64,000 nucleotides of DNA from Patescibacteria group bacterium (GCA_022564195.1 JADFLW010000005.1:6808-70807), one strand, 5' to 3'; positions 44,823 to 55,702 are shown, counted from the first letter of the stretch. Notes: generated by a model not told the origin, from the sequence alone. Program-made: numbers and translations.

Positions 44823-44852
44823 TTAACTCCTACACAATCACTAGGAGTTTAA
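44823..44852 (-). promoter_or_regulatory. inverted repeat TTAACTCCTA-N9-TAGGAGTTTAA immediately 5' of the Rrf2 gene (candidate operator / SD-sequestering hairpin)
   Basis: 10-bp arms. The repeat contains the GGAG Shine-Dalgarno 11 nt upstream of the ATG. Confidence 0.4.
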
Positions 44853-44929
44853 CACGAAGCCACCTGATCGTCAACGAGCTTACTTAAAGCGAGACTCGCG
44901 TTTCCCAAACCCGACTCTATGCACGAGGA

Positions 44930-45142
44930 TTACGAAGCGGTATATCCCAACTCCCCGATGGTTTTTATGATCTCTTCCTTAGTTACCTTGTCAGCATCAA
45001 ACTCAATGGTCCCCTTCTTTCCTTCGTAATCCACTTCTGCGGAGTTCACTCCCTCCATTTGCGTAGTCAGCATCTGTATGCCTATTGCACAAGCCCCGCA
45101 ATGCATCCCCTCTATGTGTAAATCAAGTTTTACCATGTTCAC
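44930..45142 (-). CDS. copZ: copper chaperone CopZ (heavy-metal-associated domain)
   Basis: GMHCGACAIGI contains the MxCxxC motif. 70 aa. Confidence 0.8.
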   Translation of the reverse strand: MNMVKLDLHIEGMHCGACAIGIQMLTTQMEGVNSAEVDYEGKKGTIEFDADKVTKEEIIKTIGELGYTAS

Positions 45143-45187
45143 TCACCTCCAGACCATGAAAACTTGGCCTTTGTTCATACTATACCA

Positions 45188-47707
45188 TTATTGAGCATTA
45201 GTCTGCCCACCTGCCGGCGTGGGCACCTGTGCTTCGGCGCTCAGCCGCTCCATAGGCGGTACATACCGCCTCAAAAGCATTGAGTTCAACACAACAGAAA
45301 TTGAGCTAAATGCCATGGCAAATCCCGCAATCTCCGGCCGCAGGGTTGCTTGAGAAAAGTTGAAAAAGATCTGCCCCGCACCACCGAAGTTCTCGGCTAT
45401 GTTTACCACCCAAGCAGCGGGCACCCCAAAAGAGCTCTGAGTAACCAAAAGGTGCATCCCACCAGCGATTGGAATTGCAAGGACGTTGTAGACAAACGCC
45501 CAGAAAAGATTCTGCCACACCTTTTTAATGGTCTTTCCAGAAAGCTGGATGGCGGAAGCGACATCGCGTAAATCGTCTTTGACTAAAATGATCTCGCCCG
45601 TTTCAATGGCAACATCGGTTCCTGAGCCAATGGCAATACCGATATCGGCCTGGGCCAGAGCCGGTGAGTCATTAATACCGTCTCCCACCATGGCCACCGA
45701 CTTACCTTCCTCCTGCAGCTTTTTAATCTCTTGAGCCTTCTCTTGGGGCAAAACTTGAGCCAGTGCCCGATCAATACCAACTTGACGCGCAATTGCTTGT
45801 GCTGTTTTCGGATTATCACCGGTAATCATAATAATCTCTTTCCCCATCCTTTTGAGCTCGGCTATGGCTTCCTTGGCATAAGGCTTCAATGTGTCGGCCA
45901 AGGCGATGACTGCGACTAATGTATTATCGACGGCTGCATAGACAACGGTTTTAGCCTCGTTTTGAAGCTTTTCTGTCAGCTCGTCTTGCTCTTTGATAGA
46001 AATTCCCAAAGAATCCATATAGCCTGTGTTCCCGACCACTACTTCGCGCCCCTCAACCTTGCCATAAACTCCCTGTCCCGCTTCAGCTTTAAAGTCGTGA
46101 ACTTCAGGCAAGGTCTTAAATTGTGACTCTCCTTTCTCAACAATAGCCCGGGCCAGTGGGTGCTCAGATCCTACCTCTACTGCTGCCAAAAGCTTTAAGG
46201 TTTCCTTCTCACCAAGATCTCCAACTTTGACGAAATCCGTAACAACCGGCTTACCGATGGTTAAGGTGCCGGTCTTATCAAACACGATAACTTCTGTTTT
46301 GTATGCTTTCTCCAGCGCTTCTCCCCCCTTGAGGATAATGCCGAATTTTGTCGCGCGGCCAATCCCGACCATCAGGGCCATGGGTGTTGCAAGGCCCATG
46401 GCGCAGGGGCAGGAGATAACCAAAACCGCTATCATCCGTAAAAGCCCTGCGCGAAACGGCAGAGCTGCGACGAAAAACCAACCGACAAATACGATGACAG
46501 AAAGCACCACCACAGATGGCACGAAGGACTCACTGATCTTGTCTACCACATTTTGTATCGGGGCGCGTGATGCCTGCGCCTCCTCTACCATCCGGATGAT
46601 TTGATAAAGCAAAGTATTTTTACCAACTTTGGTGGCCTTGAATTTGATCAAGCCCTCTTGGTTGACGGTTGCACCGATCACCTCATCCCCTACAGTTTTT
46701 TTCACTGGAAATGATTCTCCAGTCACCACCTTCTCATCGATATGCGACGTGCCCTCTAAAATAATGCCATCGACTGGGAACTTCCCTCCTGGCCTCACCA
46801 CAACCGTCTCTCCAGCTTGAATCTGGTCAATGGGAACCGTCACCTCTTTGCCGTCGCGCAGAACATGAGCCTCTTTAGCCTCAAGTTTCAAAAGCTCCTT
46901 GATAGCCGTCGATGCCCGTCCCTTAGCCCTTGCCTCAAAGAAGCGCCCTAAAAGTATGAAAAACAAAAGCGCCGCGGATGATTCCCAGAACGGATGATCA
47001 ATGTTAAAGAAGAGAAATCCAATAGCACTGTAGAAATAGGCGGCAGATGTGCCGAGTGCCACCAAAACGTCCATGTTTGCAGAGCCAACACGGATGGCAG
47101 TATACGAATTTCGGTAAAACTGCCAGGCGATCACAAATTGGATGGGCGTGGAAAGAACCCAGTAGAAATAATTAAGATCAATGCGAAGCGGTGGGTTCGC
47201 AACATCAACAAAGGAGCCGATCAAAAACTTCAACGGTTGAGCAACCACCCAGAAAAAATAATTGGTGATAAATGACCCATACGCGAAAAAACCGCTTCCG
47301 GAAAGGCTCGGGGTTGCGATATTAAGAAAACTAAAAAACTCATGCACATGCGTCACGTTAAACATGTGGATGAGCATGTAGTAGAGAATGATAGGAGACG
47401 CCAAGACCAATGCGGCAATAACCCTGCGTCTTGCTTCTTCAATTTTGCGCGCCTCTCTAACCTCTTCTTCCTCAGGGCTCGTCGCCCCTGCCTCATCGGG
47501 CCGGATCATATCATAGCCGAGCTTATTAATGAGCTCATCAATTTTTTCAAGGGAGATTTTTTCCTCGTCGAATTCAACTGCCGTCTTCTCCGATCCATAA
47601 TTTGTTTTTATAGAAGTGACCCCTTCCTCTCTCCCAACTAGCTTATCAATCAGCGTCGAGCACGACCCACAATGCATTCCTTTAATCTTAAGCACCAGTT
47701 TAGTCAT
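45188..47707 (-). CDS. copA: copper-translocating P1B-type ATPase CopA
   Basis: N-terminal [11 protein letters not shown], membrane CPC (ISCPCAMGL), [17 protein letters not shown]. Confidence 0.9.
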   Translation of the reverse strand: MTKLVLKIKGMHCGSCSTLIDKLVGREEGVTSIKTNYGSEKTAVEFDEEKISLEKIDELINKLGYDMIRPDEAGATSPEEEEVREARKIEEARRRVIAALVLASPIILYYMLIHMFNVTHVHEFFSFLNIATPSLSGSGFFAYGSFITNYFFWVVAQPLKFLIGSFVDVANPPLRIDLNYFYWVLSTPIQFVIAWQFYRNSYTAIRVGSANMDVLVALGTSAAYFYSAIGFLFFNIDHPFWESSAALLFFILLGRFFEARAKGRASTAIKELLKLEAKEAHVLRDGKEVTVPIDQIQAGETVVVRPGGKFPVDGIILEGTSHIDEKVVTGESFPVKKTVGDEVIGATVNQEGLIKFKATKVGKNTLLYQIIRMVEEAQASRAPIQNVVDKISESFVPSVVVLSVIVFVGWFFVAALPFRAGLLRMIAVLVISCPCAMGLATPMALMVGIGRATKFGIILKGGEALEKAYKTEVIVFDKTGTLTIGKPVVTDFVKVGDLGEKETLKLLAAVEVGSEHPLARAIVEKGESQFKTLPEVHDFKAEAGQGVYGKVEGREVVVGNTGYMDSLGISIKEQDELTEKLQNEAKTVVYAAVDNTLVAVIALADTLKPYAKEAIAELKRMGKEIIMITGDNPKTAQAIARQVGIDRALAQVLPQEKAQEIKKLQEEGKSVAMVGDGINDSPALAQADIGIAIGSGTDVAIETGEIILVKDDLRDVASAIQLSGKTIKKVWQNLFWAFVYNVLAIPIAGGMHLLVTQSSFGVPAAWVVNIAENFGGAGQIFFNFSQATLRPEIAGFAMAFSSISVVLNSMLLRRYVPPMERLSAEAQVPTPAGGQTNAQ

Positions 47708-47713
47708 ACGATG

Positions 47714-48151
47714 TTATTCCGTCTCTGATATAAGACTCCGCACGTGTATCCTGCCTATCATATCGAAGTGTGTCCGTTCCACCCCATCGACGACTCCTTG
47801 ACCGCAGGGGACAGAGCAAAAAAATGGGAACTCGCCCTCTTGCGTTACAACAAACTCCACTATAATCGTCTCGTTCGCCGGCATTCGCTGGGCGATCCCA
47901 AACGCATCAATAGCCAGGCCGTGGTCGTAATCGTCTTCATTGATTAATGTAAGAATAATCTTATCTCCCCTGATGGCCTCAATCTCCTCTGGTTCAAATA
48001 TCCACTGGTTTTTTTTGGCAACTACAGTGATCTCACGCACTTCACCAGTGACCTCAGGCTGTAATTCTTCTGGCAACAAATAAGTGCGATAGGCAATACC
48101 GCCAATCAGAATCAATGCAATAATGCCACCAATAATAAAATACTTATTCAT
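47714..48151 (-). CDS. membrane-anchored cupredoxin-like copper-binding protein (CuA/COX2-like motif)
   Basis: N-terminal TM helix. FFCSVPCGQGVVDGVERTHFDM fits the C-x3-C-G-...-H-x2-M pattern. Confidence 0.6.
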   Translation of the reverse strand: MNKYFIIGGIIALILIGGIAYRTYLLPEELQPEVTGEVREITVVAKKNQWIFEPEEIEAIRGDKIILTLINEDDYDHGLAIDAFGIAQRMPANETIIVEFVVTQEGEFPFFCSVPCGQGVVDGVERTHFDMIGRIHVRSLISETE

Positions 48152-50360
48152 GAGAAGCTGGCGCTTTTACTTGTAAATACCTATGCACTCCCCAACTTAA
48201 TGCTCCCATCAAAATCAACGAAATGATTAAAAGCCCCCACCACTGGGCAGATTTTGAAACGGCTCTTCCTCCACTTTCTTCAACCTGAATCCAGAAACCG
48301 GCCGTCAAGGCCTCATCCTCCGGAAGATCAATGCCCTCCGGCCTGAATTGGGCAAACGCCTTATAGAGTCCTATCTCTGGAAATGCAACATGGAATGAGA
48401 GTCCTTCATGATCCTCATCCGCCTGGTCGTCATCGTGGACATCATCTCCATTAGCATAAACCACTGGAATAAAAACCCTCCCTTCAGGACTTGCCCCTCG
48501 AAGTCCCGCTGAGCGGGACGAAGTGGGGTGAGTGTGTATCAGCGTCTCTAGGTCGCCCTTTATAATGACAAGGTGCATATCTGCTCCCAGAAACGGCTCT
48601 AACTCCGCTATTCCACCAGTCGCCGTGCTTACTCTGAATACGAGATCAGCTTCCCGCCCTTGCACGATCGGCTCGTCGTGTTCAAAAGCGATCTGATAAT
48701 TGCCAATCTCGTTGTTTCCTACAACCAGATTTTTGCCAAACGTTCTCGCCTCGGAGGTTTTTGTGTCTCCCTCCCCCTTGATAGAAACTTCAGGGTGACC
48801 AAAGGTATACGTCTTCCCAGCCCGCCTTACATCTGTCCAGAGCTTGTATAACCCGGGTTGTTCAAATTGATGTTCAACCGACCAGAGTCCCGCTGAGCCA
48901 GTTGCCTCTTTGGGATGAATATGCAAAAACTCCTCTAAATCGTCGCGCGCGCCAACAACGTGCATCAACTTCTCGTGCTCAATCTCAAGATCCGTCACAG
49001 GCTTATTGCCAGGCTTTTCATTGACAAAAAAATCAATCCGAGTAACAGCACTAGTTGACGCTGGAACAGGGGAGAAATTGAGATTTACGACCAAACCCTC
49101 ACGGACATTCAGCTCTTCAAGAACTCCGGCTCCTCCATGCTCATGCTCGCCTTCACCCTCATCATGTGCGTGTCCATCCGCCTCCTCGTGCTCATCTTGA
49201 GGTTCAGGAACCGCACCAGCTTCCTGTCCTAAATGGACGTTCGTTCCAGTTGCAAAGGTCCACCCAGTAGACACTCCGACAAAACTAAAAATGACGGCAA
49301 ACATCGCGAGCAGCGTTAAGATCGTCTTTCTTCCCGGCTTTTGTTTAATAATGTATGCAATGATCGTCAAATCAATCAGTGCTAGCATGAACCCATTTCC
49401 GTATTTGACAAAATCAGGCAGACCAATAAGTCTGTGTTCATGCTTGAGGACGATCTCGCCGAATTGTTCACCGCCAACACTGACGACAAACTGCTCCCAT
49501 TGACTATGAATACCAGAAGCAATAAACCAATCGTGACCGAATAAGCCGAAGGTTAAGATGAAGGCACCAATAACAATCAGCATCCAGCCCGTGTAATTCT
49601 CAATCGCATCTTTTCTCTTTGCAATACCCCCCGTGGCATTGACTCCCAATATTCCCAAGATTGCAAGGAAGATGAGGGGAACTGCCCGACCTGCGCCGTG
49701 GACAAATCCCAAAAACCAGCCATTGAAGAGATCGCCGACGCTCGCAATGTACCCAAGGAGCACATAGAATGCGGGGTTGGGACACCCGACCCCGGCGTTA
49801 CCGAGAAAAAGGCCCAAAAGAAAAGTTTTTACATAGTCTCCCCGCCTTTGAATAAAAGCAGGGAAATTCCCGCTGTAGCTTGGCAGTCTGAACTTCAACA
49901 GGCGAATTTCTGATAAGCCAAAAATAAACGCCGCCGCCCCACCCACCATAAGCATCATCTGTGTTGCTGCAGTCAAACCCAAAATCTTTCCAATTGCTGC
50001 GATAAATACTCCGTAGAAACTCAAGGTAAGGGTCAACCCAAGCCCAAAGAACAAAGCCATAAGGAATCCTTTTTTAGGATCCTTCCCCATTGCCATCGGA
50101 ACAATGACAAAAGCCATCGGCAGGGTGCAGGGGAGAAATATCATCGAAAGACCCGCTGCAAAAGCGAGAGTCAAGCCTACCGTCTGCTCCGGAGTAGTGG
50201 CCAACCAAAAAAGACCGACAACAAAAATCAAGAAAAGGACAAAACCAAGCGTTGCAAGGCGGACCTTAACTTTGCGGGCGCCTACTAGATCTTTACTAGC
50301 CGGAGCGTCTTTAGGCGGTTCCACTTGCTGATGTATCGGCTTCGCTAACTGTTCATGCAT
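48144..50360 (-). CDS. DsbD_2 / CcdA-like (PF13386) membrane domain fused to a His-rich linker and two tandem periplasmic His-motif domains; putative copper handling
   Basis: TM Cys motifs FLPCTLPM and GVGCPNPAF. His-rich HEEADGHAHDEGEGEHEHGG. Two repeats carry HIHPKE and HTHPTS. Confidence 0.6.
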   Translation of the reverse strand: MHEQLAKPIHQQVEPPKDAPASKDLVGARKVKVRLATLGFVLFLIFVVGLFWLATTPEQTVGLTLAFAAGLSMIFLPCTLPMAFVIVPMAMGKDPKKGFLMALFFGLGLTLTLSFYGVFIAAIGKILGLTAATQMMLMVGGAAAFIFGLSEIRLLKFRLPSYSGNFPAFIQRRGDYVKTFLLGLFLGNAGVGCPNPAFYVLLGYIASVGDLFNGWFLGFVHGAGRAVPLIFLAILGILGVNATGGIAKRKDAIENYTGWMLIVIGAFILTFGLFGHDWFIASGIHSQWEQFVVSVGGEQFGEIVLKHEHRLIGLPDFVKYGNGFMLALIDLTIIAYIIKQKPGRKTILTLLAMFAVIFSFVGVSTGWTFATGTNVHLGQEAGAVPEPQDEHEEADGHAHDEGEGEHEHGGAGVLEELNVREGLVVNLNFSPVPASTSAVTRIDFFVNEKPGNKPVTDLEIEHEKLMHVVGARDDLEEFLHIHPKEATGSAGLWSVEHQFEQPGLYKLWTDVRRAGKTYTFGHPEVSIKGEGDTKTSEARTFGKNLVVGNNEIGNYQIAFEHDEPIVQGREADLVFRVSTATGGIAELEPFLGADMHLVIIKGDLETLIHTHPTSSRSAGLRGASPEGRVFIPVVYANGDDVHDDDQADEDHEGLSFHVAFPEIGLYKAFAQFRPEGIDLPEDEALTAGFWIQVEESGGRAVSKSAQWWGLLIISLILMGALSWGVHRYLQVKAPASHE

Positions 50361-50574
50361 ACGTTAATTCACGCTCTCTACCCACCACTTTCGTGTTGGG
50401 ATACGATATAGAGATAAACGTTTCAAGGAGATAGTGGCAGGAGAGGACTGGTTAAACATTGACAGGCGACACATCCTTTTCTGGGTATTTTAAGTGTATC
50501 ACAGTCCGGTCTAATCTTGTCAAGAAGTCTGAACAGCCACAGCCAACTGATGTCATAAGTTGCCTTCAGCGGAA

Positions 50575-50865
50575 CTACGTTCCTCCCGTCGAAAGCTCCT
50601 GTAATTTCTCCACGAACTTCTTGCGATCAAACCCTCCGGTGGCCCAAAGCTCATCATTGAGAATGATTCCCGGAGAGGCAAGAATCATGTACTTCATTGC
50701 CAGCTGCTGACCTTCAGGGGTCGACACATCAGATTTGCGAAACTTCACATTGGGCCAATCGTTTTCAATAGAATGCCAAAACTCCTCAAACGCCTTACAG
50801 ATCTGGCACCCGGGAGCAGTGACCTCTTGAAGGGTAACTTCCTTCTTGGTCCCACCATCCGCCAT
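50575..50865 (-). CDS. thioredoxin-fold protein with CQIC active site
   Basis: APGCQICKAFEEFW contains CxxC. About 96 aa. Confidence 0.55.
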   Translation of the reverse strand: MADGGTKKEVTLQEVTAPGCQICKAFEEFWHSIENDWPNVKFRKSDVSTPEGQQLAMKYMILASPGIILNDELWATGGFDRKKFVEKLQELSTGGT

Positions 50866-50902
50866 AATATGTACAGTATAGAACAAATTTCAGACGAATA
50901 TT

Positions 50903-51859
50903 TTATGGAAGCGAAACACGCATTCCCGAAACCGCGATCAATCCATCTGAAACCAAACTTCCCACCAGCTTGTCAAACCTATCTCTATCCGATAACCCAT
51001 ACTTTCTCCCCATTAGTGTGCGTAATTGATTCTTAGGAACGGACTGCTGTCTGACAACATCCACAATCCTCCCCCGAAAATACCGATCCGTCTCTTTAAA
51101 TTTTATCCTTCTCAGTTTACGAGTTTTAACCTTTACGCTGTGGTTTTGCGTTTTGAGATTTGAACTTTGAGTTTGTAACTGATACCACTTGCACATCTCC
51201 CTCAACGGACACTGCTCACACTTCGGATTCTTGGCTGTACACACCAGCGCCCCAAAATCCATCATCGCCTGATTCCACACATCACCTTTTCCCTTTGGAA
51301 CCACCGCATCCGCAAGTTCAAGCAGCTCTTTCTCTCTAAAGCCATTAAATTCTCGCAAAGAACTCACACCTAGAAAAACCCGCAGAAGTACCCTCTTGGT
51401 ATTCGTCTCCAAAACCCCCACATCCTCTCCGTATGCAAAGGTCCGGATCGCCCGTGCCGTGTACCGCCCAACACCGGGAAGCTTCATCAACTCATCATCG
51501 GTCCGAGGAAATGTATCACCAAACTCCGAAGTTATTTTCTTCGCGGCTTCATGCAAATACACCGCCCTCCGGTTATATCCCAATCCCGCCCAAGCTTTAA
51601 TCACAGAAGCCAGTCTCGCCCTCGCCAGAGAACCAACCGTCGGCCAGCGCCGAATCCACGTTTTATAGTAGGGAAGCACCCGATCCACTTGCGTCTGCTG
51701 CAGCATCACCTCAGAAACCAACACCCGATATGGATCGCGCCCCCACTTCGTCTTCCCTCTTCTCCATGGCAACATCCGCCCATGTGTGCGATACCACTCA
51801 AGAATCTTCTTCTGAAAATGTTTAGTCGAGGATTTGGACAACTTGGAGGAGGCCCGCAT
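50903..51859 (-). CDS. mutY: A/G-specific adenine DNA glycosylase MutY-like (HhH-GPD with [4Fe-4S])
   Basis: VSEVMLQQTQV, HhH LPGVGRYTA, and the cluster C-x6-C-x2-C-x5-C (CTAKNPKCEQCPLREMC). Confidence 0.75.
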   Translation of the reverse strand: MRASSKLSKSSTKHFQKKILEWYRTHGRMLPWRRGKTKWGRDPYRVLVSEVMLQQTQVDRVLPYYKTWIRRWPTVGSLARARLASVIKAWAGLGYNRRAVYLHEAAKKITSEFGDTFPRTDDELMKLPGVGRYTARAIRTFAYGEDVGVLETNTKRVLLRVFLGVSSLREFNGFREKELLELADAVVPKGKGDVWNQAMMDFGALVCTAKNPKCEQCPLREMCKWYQLQTQSSNLKTQNHSVKVKTRKLRRIKFKETDRYFRGRIVDVVRQQSVPKNQLRTLMGRKYGLSDRDRFDKLVGSLVSDGLIAVSGMRVSLP

Positions 51860-51895
51860 ACTGAGGAGTATAGCCGAAATCAGTGGTGGACTTCA

Positions 51896-52618
51896 TCAAG
51901 CCACTGAATTCGCTGGCTTGATGATTTTGCGGCCTTCGGAGGAAACAACCACTGGAGCAATAGGATAGGAATTGAGCTGCAAAGCCATGGTAACGTCTTG
52001 AGCTCCTCTCTGCAGAGTATCCCGAAACAAAACAGCAGTTGGACATTCGGCAATGCGCTCGCGCATTTCATCAAAGTTGAATGGGATGTTCTCCAACGCT
52101 GATTGGATTGCTTGTGCACACAACTCGTCCTCTACCCCCTTCGTGCCGAGTCGCCCCAGAGGGATCAAGGTAACAATTCCATGTTCATGCCCTTGAATGT
52201 ACTCCACAACGGCGCCCATGTTAACAAAAGAAGCAAGAATGATATCCCAAGCCTTTCCGGCCTCTAAAATCGCCCGCGATGTATTATTTGAGCGAAAGAC
52301 AACTCTTTTTCCGGAAAAATCTTTGTCATAGACCTCTGAAGGCGAATTGTTGTAGTCAAACACATCATGAACGCGTCCACCCTCGATCTCGCCAACTGAC
52401 ATGTAGCCCTGTGATTTATACTTCTCCGCATCCTCGACGGTCCGTACTGGAATAACTTCGGTCGCCCCTTGATGAAACAAAATTGGAATTGTGGTGCATG
52501 ATCGAAGAACATCAACAATAACAACAAGCCCCTTTGCTTCCCTGGAACATTCAACTAAACTGCAAATTGTAATATTCATGAGCCTCCGGACACCTAGAGT
52601 CGTAAGCCTACAACTCAA
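51896..52618 (-). CDS. comB: 2-phosphosulfolactate phosphatase (ComB) family protein
   Basis: VIVDVLRSCTTI...GEIEGG...FDYNNSP matches the ComB family pattern. Confidence 0.6.
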   Translation of the reverse strand: MSCRLTTLGVRRLMNITICSLVECSREAKGLVVIVDVLRSCTTIPILFHQGATEVIPVRTVEDAEKYKSQGYMSVGEIEGGRVHDVFDYNNSPSEVYDKDFSGKRVVFRSNNTSRAILEAGKAWDIILASFVNMGAVVEYIQGHEHGIVTLIPLGRLGTKGVEDELCAQAIQSALENIPFNFDEMRERIAECPTAVLFRDTLQRGAQDVTMALQLNSYPIAPVVVSSEGRKIIKPANSVA

Positions 52619-53365
52619 TTATAAAGCATCTTCTTCTATTCTTCTCAGCCCCTCCAAACTCTCTTCACAAAAATCCAAGGGAATAGCGTCAAATTGATAT
52701 TTTCTCTTTTCATACACTTCCACACTCTCCGACATCACACAGTCTTCGCTATCAACATGCTCAAGACCAAGAAGATGGCCGAACTCGTGCTTGAGCGTTG
52801 ACTGCTCAATGAGAGAACGAACATTTGCCTTTTGAGATAACTCATAGATCCGATCCTTGAAAATGAAAATCTCATTTGCGGTCAATGACAAACCAGTGTT
52901 AGACGAAGCGTCAAGTGAGCTCGAAATATAGACAATGTGAAGATAACTTCTGCTCTCTCCGGAAACACGACTCCGCGTACTTCGCGCGAGCGAACGCAGC
53001 GCTTTGTCTGGAAGCCCTTCAATATCGAGAATCTCTCCTTGCTCAGTGACGACAACCTCTACGTCTTTACGCAAAGTCTCCAAAACCAGATTTGCAATCC
53101 ACTCTTCTATGCGCTCATCTGGGTTCCTACCAACTTGATAGTCAATCTCCACAAGAACGGTGTCCTTCTCAGGAGAAAAATATTCAAATCGCCCGTCTCC
53201 CGGCCTATTCAAAAAAAACAAGGACCTCGCGACCGACGATTGAAGAAATAAAGGCCGATACTGTTGATTAACCGAATTCGAAGGATCGGCAAGCCGAAAG
53301 CTGCGCAACAAAAAAACGTACGCCAAAGCAACGATGACAAAAAGCAGGGTAAATATCTTCGACAT
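52619..53365 (-). CDS. membrane-anchored zinc metalloprotease with an archaemetzincin-like extended motif
   Basis: HEFGHLLGLEHVDSEDCVM is HExxHxxGxxH followed by C-x-M. N-terminal signal anchor. Confidence 0.55.
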   Translation of the reverse strand: MSKIFTLLFVIVALAYVFLLRSFRLADPSNSVNQQYRPLFLQSSVARSLFFLNRPGDGRFEYFSPEKDTVLVEIDYQVGRNPDERIEEWIANLVLETLRKDVEVVVTEQGEILDIEGLPDKALRSLARSTRSRVSGESRSYLHIVYISSSLDASSNTGLSLTANEIFIFKDRIYELSQKANVRSLIEQSTLKHEFGHLLGLEHVDSEDCVMSESVEVYEKRKYQFDAIPLDFCEESLEGLRRIEEDAL

Positions 53366-53386
53366 GGCCCAAGCTTCCCATACCCC

Positions 53387-54388
53387 TCAGTCCCTTAGTC
53401 TTCCAGAACGCCCCGCAGAAACGAGCTGCGCCCTTCGGTAAAACTCCTCTTGTGCCGCCGCCACATTGACCTGCTCCCCACCCCAGGTCTTAAGCGCCTC
53501 GCCTTGCAGCGCCCGCCCAAAGGAATAGGAAAGCTCCCACGGCTGTTTACCGATCGAATTTAACGCATTCAAATTGACTGTCGCATCCTCGGGAGTCAAT
53601 CCCCCAGACAGAAACATAATCCCCGGCACCGCAGAAGGCACCGTCGTGCGGAACGTACGTATCGTCGCCCTCGCCACCACCTCAGGACTCACCTGCTGCG
53701 CCGCCGCCAAACCAGAAGCCACCATACTCGGCTTCAAAAGCATTCCCCCCAACAGCACGCGATATTTCTTAAGTTCCGCAAACACCGCCTTGAGCGTCTG
53801 TGCTGTCGCGTGCTCGTGCCGCGTAATCGTGTGCTTCCCCTCCATCAACACCTCCGGCTCCACAATCGGAACCAAACCCGCCTCCTGCGACAGGGCCGCA
53901 AATCGGGCCAGAGCATGCGCATTCGCATCAATGCACGCTTGCGTGGGAATCCCTCTTCCAACGGTAATCACCGCCCGCCACTTCGTGAAGCCCACCCCGA
54001 GTTTGACGTACTCCTCAAGCCTCTCTCGCAACCCGTCCAACCCCTCTGTCACTTTTTCTTGAGGAAAGCCCACCAATGGGTGGACACCCTTATCCACTTT
54101 AATCCCCGGAATGATCCCTCTAAGCCGTAAAAGTTTCGGAAATGGCGTCCCACTCTTCGCCTTCTGGCGAATCGTCTCATCAAATAAAATCACACCACTG
54201 ATGAATTCCCCGATGCCTTTCGTGGCAAACAAAAGCTCCCGCCAATCTCTACGATTCCGCTGGGTCGATGGGACATTGATGCTGTCAAGCCGCTTTTTGA
54301 TCGTTCCACTGCTCTCATCAGCCGCCAAAATCCCCTTGCCTGGGGCTACCAATTTTTTTGCGACAGAAACAAGCTTGGTTCTATTCAT
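53387..54388 (-). CDS. fba: class I fructose-bisphosphate aldolase
   Basis: GKGILAADESSGT and a Schiff-base Lys region typical of class I FBA. Confidence 0.85.
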   Translation of the reverse strand: MNRTKLVSVAKKLVAPGKGILAADESSGTIKKRLDSINVPSTQRNRRDWRELLFATKGIGEFISGVILFDETIRQKAKSGTPFPKLLRLRGIIPGIKVDKGVHPLVGFPQEKVTEGLDGLRERLEEYVKLGVGFTKWRAVITVGRGIPTQACIDANAHALARFAALSQEAGLVPIVEPEVLMEGKHTITRHEHATAQTLKAVFAELKKYRVLLGGMLLKPSMVASGLAAAQQVSPEVVARATIRTFRTTVPSAVPGIMFLSGGLTPEDATVNLNALNSIGKQPWELSYSFGRALQGEALKTWGGEQVNVAAAQEEFYRRAQLVSAGRSGRLRD

Positions 54389-54399
54389 TGAAGCGGTCT

Positions 54400-55368
54400 T
54401 TATAGTCTAAACTCTATCTCTTTTTTGTCAAATACGTGAGTTGTATCCAAAAAGCGAATTTTTCCAGTTTGGGTACTCATTAATAGGCTGTGAGTTCTGG
54501 CACCTCCTCCGAAAAATCTGACGCCACGAAGTACGTCGCCGTTGGTAACGCCTGTTGCACAAAAAATAATTGTTTTTCCGCTAGCCAAATCGCCATCCTT
54601 ATAAATTTTTTTGGGGTCGCCACCCATTTTTTTTAATCTCTTTACCTCATCAGCATTTTTTGGCCAAAACCGTGCTTGCATCTCTCCTTTTATTATTCTT
54701 ATTGCAGCTGCAGTCATAACCCCCTCAGGTGCTGCCCCAATTCCCATAACAGCATGCACTCCTGTACCTCTTGCGGCAACTGCAACTCCGGGCATAAGGT
54801 CGCCGTCCGGGACGAATTTGACTCTAGCTCCTGCCTTTCTTATCCCTTCAACCAGCTCTTCGTTTCTTTCGCGGTCCAGTACTACGACTACCAGATCCCG
54901 TATGTCTCTTTCTAAAGACTCTGCAATAGCTTTGAGATTCTCTGCTGGCGGTGCGTCTAAGTGAACCTTGCCTGCTGCCTCAGGACCTACGACCAATTTC
55001 TCCATATACATGTCTGGCGCGTGGAAAAGCCCACCGCGTTCAGATGCGGCAAGTACCGAAATTGCTCTGGGGCCAAGAGTCGCGGTTGCGTTCGTATTCT
55101 CCAGAGGGTCGACTGCGATATCGACTGCCCGTCCTTCACCGGTTCCCAACTTTTCGCCGATATAAAGCATCGGTGCTTTGTCACGCTCGCCCTCCCCGAT
55201 CACCACTTTGCCTTTAAAATCGACGCCGCTGAAGAATTTGCGCATTGCGCGTACTGAAGCCCTGTCGGCAACTTTCTTATCACCAAAGCCTGCAGCACGG
55301 GCTGCAGCTATTGCCCCGACTTCTGTGGCGTGGCTTAACTGAAGCGCTAAAGAATACTCCATAGGCAA
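54400..55368 (-). CDS. glpX: class II fructose-1,6-bisphosphatase GlpX
   Basis: ATEVGAIAAARAAGFGDKKVADRASVRAM and VVIGEGERDKAPMLYIGEKLGTG match GlpX. Confidence 0.85.
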   Translation of the reverse strand: MPMEYSLALQLSHATEVGAIAAARAAGFGDKKVADRASVRAMRKFFSGVDFKGKVVIGEGERDKAPMLYIGEKLGTGEGRAVDIAVDPLENTNATATLGPRAISVLAASERGGLFHAPDMYMEKLVVGPEAAGKVHLDAPPAENLKAIAESLERDIRDLVVVVLDRERNEELVEGIRKAGARVKFVPDGDLMPGVAVAARGTGVHAVMGIGAAPEGVMTAAAIRIIKGEMQARFWPKNADEVKRLKKMGGDPKKIYKDGDLASGKTIIFCATGVTNGDVLRGVRFFGGGARTHSLLMSTQTGKIRFLDTTHVFDKKEIEFRL

Positions 55369-55702
55369 ATATTAACATAAATAAATTAACCCCTGACGTT
55401 ATTCTGATTTTCTGATAATCTGATTTTCAGAATTGTATGCAGTTCACTACGATTATCCGTCAACGAGGCCAGTTAACCATTCCACACCCAATAAGAGATA
55501 ATTATAGCTGGTTAAAACCGGGGTCTGTAGTTTTGATTTCAACAGAAGGACCTCGTAAAATTACTATTACCCCCTATCGCCCAAGAGAGACCACAACTAG
55601 CAAGTAAAAATCAAAGGAGTAAAAGTTGTTGCCTTAAAAGATTACAAGTAGATTCTAGGGGGTTTTGAAGAACGAAAAAGAGAAAGAAAAGTGTAGAAGC
55701 TA

